A stretch of 63,828 nucleotides of DNA, the filler included, from Craspedostauros australis (taxonomy: Eukaryota): assembly GCA_030167865.1 (NCBI GenBank). It is 12 parts of 12 records of this genome, joined end to end, with 100 filler letters (N's around TTAATTAATTAA, not from the genome) between each part and the next. Parts side by side here need not be neighbours in the genome. Positions count along the whole stretch, not along the records: positions 56,095 to 62,330 come from JALAGF010001263.1; positions 62,431 to 63,828 come from JALAGF010001270.1; 10 more parts are not named here. One strand, written 5' to 3'. The notes below the pieces were generated by a model that had not been told where the DNA came from, did not search any database, and saw only the letters and a program-made list of their open reading frames with translations. The translations under genes and the position numbers were made by a program. This document shows, one piece after another, positions 57,910-63,828 of this stretch (position 1 is the stretch's first letter; every line of letters starts with the position of its first letter).

Positions 57910-59277
57910 TCAACAGATAAGCGGAGACGTTCCGGATGCGGCACGTGGCTCAAAATCGTCATGATCATCCTCGCTTGCTTCGGTCGCCGCCGTTGTGGAT
58001 GAGATGGTGGTGTAACAGGCCGAGACGTTTTCCTTGAGCGTGGGCATGGGAGGTGTCACAAACGAAGGTTGCTTGCGCACGACGCTTTGGCTTTCAACGC
58101 AGCGCACGGGCGATGGCGCCGACACCGGCCCTCTGTGCATGACACTGTGGATATCAAACTCTTCATCGTTCTTTTCCAGAAGGCTCGTGAGCGTGCTGAC
58201 GATGTGGGCGAAGTTGGGCCTTGTGTTGGGCTGACGATCCCAGCAGGCCGCGATGAGACGGCGCAACGTGCCCGATGGGATGGCGCGCAACGAGGGACGC
58301 CAATCCTTGTCCACGACCTTTTCCCGGAACGCGTCGGTGGACTTGAACTGCGTGAAGGGCTTCTGCAGCGTGCAGAGTTCGTACAGCAGGACGCCGAAGG
58401 AGTAGACATCGGCCTTGAGGTCGGCCTTGTGCCCACGCGACATCTCCGGCGCCATGTACCGCAGGGAGCCCGCCATCTCGTGGTTGGGGCAGACGTGGAC
58501 TTCACGAGCAAGTCCGAGGTCGAAGATCTTGACGTTGCCGTGCTGATCGAAGCCGACGTTGCTGGGCTTGAGGTCTCGCATGACGATGTCTTTGGAGTGC
58601 AGGTAGTGCATGCCCATGGCGACGCTGAGACCCGCCTCCTCGATGCGCTGCAGGATCTGCGGCTTGGCGAGATCGGCACGCGACTTGTCGTTCCTCCAGG
58701 CCGCGAGCTTGTGCGCGAGGGTGGTGGAGAGCAGGTCCAGCACGAGGAAGTAGCCGCTGGGCTGATGGAAGGCTTGGTCCAACGGGGCCTTCGATGTGGC
58801 GTGCAGCTTGATGATGTTGGGATGATCCAGTTTGGAGAGGATGGAGGCCTCCGTGGCAAGATCCGCGGCGGACGTCTCGATGTGCTGAGGCGACTCCTTG
58901 AAGACCTGGGGCCGCAGCGCCTTCACAGCCATCGTTCGAGTTGCACTCGTTGAAGACGGAGATTGGTGCGAGGTAGCGACATCAGCGGACAAGACTTGGC
59001 ACGAGACGCCTGTGCCGACCTTCTCTCGGAGGCGAATGCTCTCCCAGGTGATGGTGGGGACGCTGTGTGCCTTCAGCTTGGACTGTTTCTCCATCAGCGC
59101 CACCTTCCGCTGGACGATCGCGCCGGTGGTGTTGGAAGCGGCCACAGTGCTGCGGCTGTTGCATGACACAGATCTTGATGGCTGCTGCTGTTGTCGTTGC
59201 TGCTGCTGTTTGTGCTGGGGTCCAACAGATGGGGGCATTGATGTTGCTCGCGGTGCTCCAAGTGTCATGGTGGTCAT
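57910..59277 (-). CDS. Ser/Thr protein kinase, TKL-like (diatom-expanded type)
   Basis: VGTGVSCQV, AVK, E, MRDLKPSNVGFD, KIFDLGLARE, GSLRYMAPE, DVYSFG, CW...RP.F. Confidence 0.92.
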   Translation of the reverse strand: MTTMTLGAPRATSMPPSVGPQHKQQQQRQQQQPSRSVSCNSRSTVAASNTTGAIVQRKVALMEKQSKLKAHSVPTITWESIRLREKVGTGVSCQVLSADVATSHQSPSSTSATRTMAVKALRPQVFKESPQHIETSAADLATEASILSKLDHPNIIKLHATSKAPLDQAFHQPSGYFLVLDLLSTTLAHKLAAWRNDKSRADLAKPQILQRIEEAGLSVAMGMHYLHSKDIVMRDLKPSNVGFDQHGNVKIFDLGLAREVHVCPNHEMAGSLRYMAPEMSRGHKADLKADVYSFGVLLYELCTLQKPFTQFKSTDAFREKVVDKDWRPSLRAIPSGTLRRLIAACWDRQPNTRPNFAHIVSTLTSLLEKNDEEFDIHSVMHRGPVSAPSPVRCVESQSVVRKQPSFVTPPMPTLKENVSACYTTISSTTAATEASEDDHDDFEPRAASGTSPLIC

Positions 59278-61529
59278 TTTGTTGTTTGTGATGTTGCGAA
59301 AGGTATTGCGTGTGATGTTGGTTGTTGCTTGTTGGTTGAGTTTTTGCTTCGTTTCGTATTTTATGGAGAATGGACACGCGAAGCTTGGCTGAGGGCTGTT
59401 GAGGCGCAGTTGTTCCTTTGTGGTGGTCAGCGAAAGGAAGGAAGGAACAAAGAGGATGAATTTGTTTCGGAGAAGGGAAAGACAATCCCACACGAGCGAA
59501 GATCGTGAAACTCTGGCAATTTCAAGACTACGGCCAGTTTGGGGAAGTTGTCACTGGGACAGCCGAGGAAGTTGCCGTTGCGGTTGCTGCTGACTGGTGG
59601 CAAGAGAAAAGGTTGATCCTCCGATGCTTGTGGTTTTGTGACGAGCGGGGATCTGGATGTTGCCCAGGCTGCGATTGTCGTGCGTTGGACGATGGTGGTG
59701 AATAGGAGTCGATTGAACTTCGGGAAGGAGGAGCAATAGGTATGGTACGCCAAAGTACAGATAGAAATGGAGTGTATTCTGCCCAGGATCTTTTTTATGA
59801 GCGCTTTCTGTGCAAGAGGGGATGGATGGAAGAGGAGAGGGGAAGTGCTTTCTTTCTTGTTGCTTTTGTTGTTGCTGGTGTTTATTGTTTGTGAGCAGAA
59901 ATGATTGATGCCAATGTGATGGATGTGCGACACCGCAATCTGTGCTCTTCACGTAAGTTTGTGGTAGACTGCCGTTTGGGTCCTCTCGTTCGTGCCCAGA
60001 ACTCAAAAGCGTCCTGAGTACTGGTGCAGCAACGATGGGAATGATGGCAGGGTTGATGGGTGTCTCGATGTTTCCTTGATGGCCAAACAACTCTGAGGCT
60101 AGTTTGCAAGAGCTTCCGTTTACGATTACGCGTGTACTGTGCGCCTCCACGAGAGTGATGCAAGATGAAAGAAACACAAAGAGGACGAGACTCCCATGGC
60201 ACATCAACTGGTTGGTGATCTGCTCTTTCTCCTCAAACACGCTGGACCATGGGCCAAACGCTCTCAAACATACACATTGAACCCTCCATGTGCAACCCTT
60301 TCGTACGCGACTTTCGCACATGACCTGCAAGCTGGTTTTCTCATCCTCCACATGCCTCTGCAGTACACCCAAGATACTCATCCACAATACCTGCTCCACA
60401 CGTCACATCGAACCACGTCTCATCACATCACCACCAGTACTGGTATGGAGACACACGCGGCAACCTGTTTGACACCTATTCGTGCTTGCCCCTCCCTTGC
60501 ACCGGTGATGGCGACCATGGATGACAACTTTCTCTGTACCTTCTTACCTCTCTACTAATCATATTAGTCACAAATACTGGTCGGGGGTTTGTCTTCGGAC
60601 AACTCACAAATAAAGAACAAGAGCTCCGACCAGGGCACGCAACAACGGGCCAATACGTCTACAGTAGTTACTTGTGCACTTTGACAATGGAGGCGACAGA
60701 GAGGGAGAGAAAACCTCAGAACGCGGTGTCCAAGGTTCATCACCTCACGCTTCCAGGACAGTCTGTCGGAACGCGACGGAAGCCCGAGTCCGGTGGGACA
60801 GATGCACATCAATCATCATTCGTTGGTTGAACCGTGGCCATGGGAACCGCGGTAAATACGTCATCGGCGTCGTTTTCCGATGGGACTGCCTTAATAGTCC
60901 ATTTAGTCCGTGCACTTGGCCTCACGAAACGAAAAGGTACTACTGTAGACGTGTGATCGACGTCCCGTGGGAGAGGCTATGAACACTAGGAGCTACTTCT
61001 GTTACCATTGATTGCCCAGTGCAGGACAGCTCGACGGGGCTTAGCCAGCGTCTGCGCCATCCATTTTTTGGCTGGGTGTCTTTGGGCGTGTTGCCACCAT
61101 CGGTGGCGAGGCCAATCGCCCAGGTACGGGCTTTCTGGGCTTGATCTTCGTTGTGCAGTCTTGCTTCAACAGCGGAAACAGTGCGCGCAACCACGAACGC
61201 AGGTAGAGGGCAAAGCCTCGCGCGTACTCTGTGGTACAGGAAGCACGTCTGTCCTGACCAGGGAGGCGCGGTAATGCCATTTTTTGGAATGTAATTTCAG
61301 GTTTACAAATACCCAACGAAAATGCACGGTAATTGTCATGTGCGATATTTCGATTCATTTCACAAGCTTTTAGCAGAAGGAAGAACAGAATTTTACTCGA
61401 TTGTCATACATTGCTGTTGTTTGCTGCCATTTGTACACGACGATTTAGTGCTCTACTTTTTACTACTGCATACAAGTGTGTGTGTGTGTGTGGATCGTTT
61501 ACTTTTACATGGGGGATGATGCTACGGTG

Positions 61530-62330
61530 CTAGTACTCCTCAGGTTCTTCATCGCTGGACTCATCATCGCTGGACTCATCATCGCTGGACTCGTCATCGC
61601 TGGACTCGTCATCGCCGGACTCCTCTGCAATATACTCGTCATCGCCGGACTCCTCTGCAATATACTCGTCATCGCTGGACTCCTTGTTGTTGTTGCCCTC
61701 CTGGTCAGTGCAAAACTCCGGCAAGCCATCTCCCTCTTCCTCCTCGAGGGCCTTCATTTGGTCATCCATGTATTTCTCCAGGGATGCCTCAATACCTGCA
61801 GCCAAGGTGGCCTCCTGGGCTTCAGGTGCATCACCTGGATCATCTGCATCCACAGCTGGCGGTGCATCAGCCGCATCCACAGCAGCTGGCGGTGCATTGG
61901 CCGCATCCACAGCAGCAGCTCGTGCCTCGGCCTCTCGTTCTTCCGCTCGCGCAGCCACAGCCAGGGCCCGTTTGGCGAAGGCGCGGGCTTTCGCTGCTGC
62001 CGATGGTTGGGCACGGCGGACTTGTGATGGAGGGGGTACCACGCGCTCAATCAGGACCTCATCGTGGCCCGGGGGGGCTCTCTTGGGGGTGCGGGTGTAG
62101 TGGGCCGCTGCCATCGCGACGCCATGGGCGATCGCGGCATCAACACCACGCCTGATTGGTGCGGGTGTTGGTTCGGTGTGTTGGATGGCGTTTTTGGTTT
62201 TTGTGTGTGATTTGTGTTTCTTGTGCTTTCGCTTTTTCTTGTGCGCCTTGCCTTTGGTCTTGGAGTGTTTGCTGGTGGATGCACCAAAGCGGCTGCTGGT
62301 GGCACTCAGGCTTTTACCGGACAGGCTCAC
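61530..62330 (-). CDS. Low-complexity protein fragment (Lys/His-rich to acidic), with 15- and 30-bp tandem repeats at about 61550-61680
   Basis: Open 266-aa frame from the contig edge with (SSDDE)n and (EESGDDEYIA)n repeats. Confidence 0.4.
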   Translation of the reverse strand: MSLSGKSLSATSSRFGASTSKHSKTKGKAHKKKRKHKKHKSHTKTKNAIQHTEPTPAPIRRGVDAAIAHGVAMAAAHYTRTPKRAPPGHDEVLIERVVPPPSQVRRAQPSAAAKARAFAKRALAVAARAEEREAEARAAAVDAANAPPAAVDAADAPPAVDADDPGDAPEAQEATLAAGIEASLEKYMDDQMKALEEEEGDGLPEFCTDQEGNNNKESSDDEYIAEESGDDEYIAEESGDDESSDDESSDDESSDDESSDEEPEEY

Positions 62331-62430
62331 NNNNNNNNNNNNNNNNNNNNNNNNNNNNNNNNNNNNNNNNNNNNTTAATTAATTAANNNNNNNNNNNNNN
62401 NNNNNNNNNNNNNNNNNNNNNNNNNNNNNN

Positions 62431-62966
62431 GAATATTCAGCAACACTGAATATCGTTTTCTGGCTAGATGTACATAGGAATGATCGATCCACGATGAAAC
62501 CAACGATGGTGGGCCATGGTATGGTCCCCAATGGGCGCGTTCCGAGTGGTTATAGGCCGCCAATGCATATTTAGAGGTTCTGCGGTCCAATTTGGTGATT
62601 CAAATGAAGGTGAATATTCAGCGCCACTGAATATCGTGTTCTGGCCAGAATTGCATACAAATGATCGATCCGCAAGCAAACCAACGATAGTAGGCCATGG
62701 TATGGTCCCCAATGGGTGCGTTCCAAGTGGTTATAGGCCGCCAATGCATATTTAGAGGTCTCTCCGGTCAAATTTGGTGATTCATATGACTGTGAATATT
62801 CAGCAACACTGAATATCGTGTTCTGGACAGAAGTGCATACAAATGATGGGTCCGCAAGCAAACCAACGATGGTGGGCCATGGTATGGTCCCCAATGGGTG
62901 CGTTCCGAGTGGTTATAGGCCGTCATTGCATATTTAAGGGATCCTGCGGTCCAATTTGGTGATTCA
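62431..62966. repeat. Satellite-like tandem repeat, 181-182-bp monomer, about 3 copies visible
   Basis: GAATATTCAG recurs at 62431, 62612 and 62794 with colinear, diverged monomers. Confidence 0.92.
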
Positions 62967-63828
62967 TATATATATATAACACACGGATTATAACTGTTAA
63001 GTCATGCGCCGAGGGCGCTTTTATTCCGCCTCGTTGATTCAACGTGTATGCACGCAGCGGGAACGGATTGACACTAGGTGTCGGTGTGTGGAGGCGTCTG
63101 CTCTGAGGTCGGGTCAGCATCAGGCTGGGTTCGAGGGGCGAGTGGCTGGTGCTCGGTGGCGACGTCGCTGGTTTTTCATCCAGTTGGTGAGTACGGTCGG
63201 GATGTCCGGTGCCGCGAGGCCGAGTCCTTGTTGCATCGCTTGGACCCACGGGACTAGGGCGGCGATTTGGGCTGTTGCTGGTGGGTTGGACCATAGCGGT
63301 CGCAGCACTGCTGGGATCGCGTCGGTGGGTGTTGTACGGAGGCGGTGAAGCTGTTGTTGAAGGAGAGCCGTCATGCCTTGCGACGTCTGCTCCGCCTTGG
63401 TTTCGTTGCGGTCATGCCACTGTTGCAGGACGGTATGCCACATGAGGTTTGTGATGCTCACTTGCCAGTCTCGGAGCAGCTTGGGAGCACGTCGTCTCCG
63501 GTGAGGAGCCATTGGAGGGGCCTGGTCTCGCCACGAGGTGGACCAGCCGCCCCAGATTAGAGCTACCCAACCGATGTTGGCCTGTCTCACCTGGATGTTC
63601 TGAGTGGGCGACGTCCTTATGCCTGAGGGAGGAATGCCTCCAGATGTGATGCGCTTGATTGCCGTGCAAACTAGCTGGGCGACTTCGGGTGGGGTGGTGG
63701 GCGGTCTCACGATTGACCGCACTTTGAGGATGGCTTTGGCCCAAATGGACTGGCTCGCAGCGCTGGGACACATGAGGATGTGTGTGTTGTCTTCCGGCCT
63801 GCCGCACCTGGGGCATTCTGCGGATTGC
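62967..63828 (-). mobile_element. 3' end of a second Ambal-like non-LTR element (ORF2 C-terminus to 63120, 3' UTR, TA tail)
   Basis: CPRCGRPEDNTHILMC...ILKVRSIVRPPTTPPEV matches ORF2 of 14564-22981. Same 3' UTR. (TA)n at about 62967-62978. Confidence 0.92.

Noticed and set aside
59551..60399. 282-aa ORF upstream of the kinase (also 5427-5945 and 38443-39231)
   Set aside because: No recognisable motifs or coding-like composition; likely intergenic or UTR.

Overview
Eukaryotic sequence, most likely from a diatom or related stramenopile (inferred from gene families, bipartite plastid presequences and TE types). It is 12 contigs joined by artificial 100-bp N/TTAATTAATTAA/N linkers, so order and orientation across linkers carry no meaning. 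The window is dominated by transposable elements: (1) a full-length 8.4-kb APE-RT-RNaseH non-LTR retrotransposon (Ambal-like) with a 16-bp TSD, inside the intron of an SDR/epimerase gene, plus pieces of a second subfamily, one of them inserted in a 181-182-bp satellite; (2) several Ty1/Copia (CoDi-like) elements, including an intact 2565-aa chromodomain-bearing ORF and a head-to-head LTR pair; (3) mariner-like and PIF/Harbinger-type DNA transposons, the latter with a GC-AG intron and three orphan ORFs beside it. Host genes: a TraB-domain protein with an apparent thylakoid-lumen tripartite presequence, GT61, an esterase, a STAND/TPR-like protein, UTP14 (split over two overlapping contigs) and a protein kinase. 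I saw no rRNA, tRNA or CRISPR array. The best candidates for new biology are the multi-ORF Harbinger cassette, the conserved structured 3' element of the Ambal-like retrotransposons and the lumenal TraB protein. All family calls are from motif recognition, not database searches.
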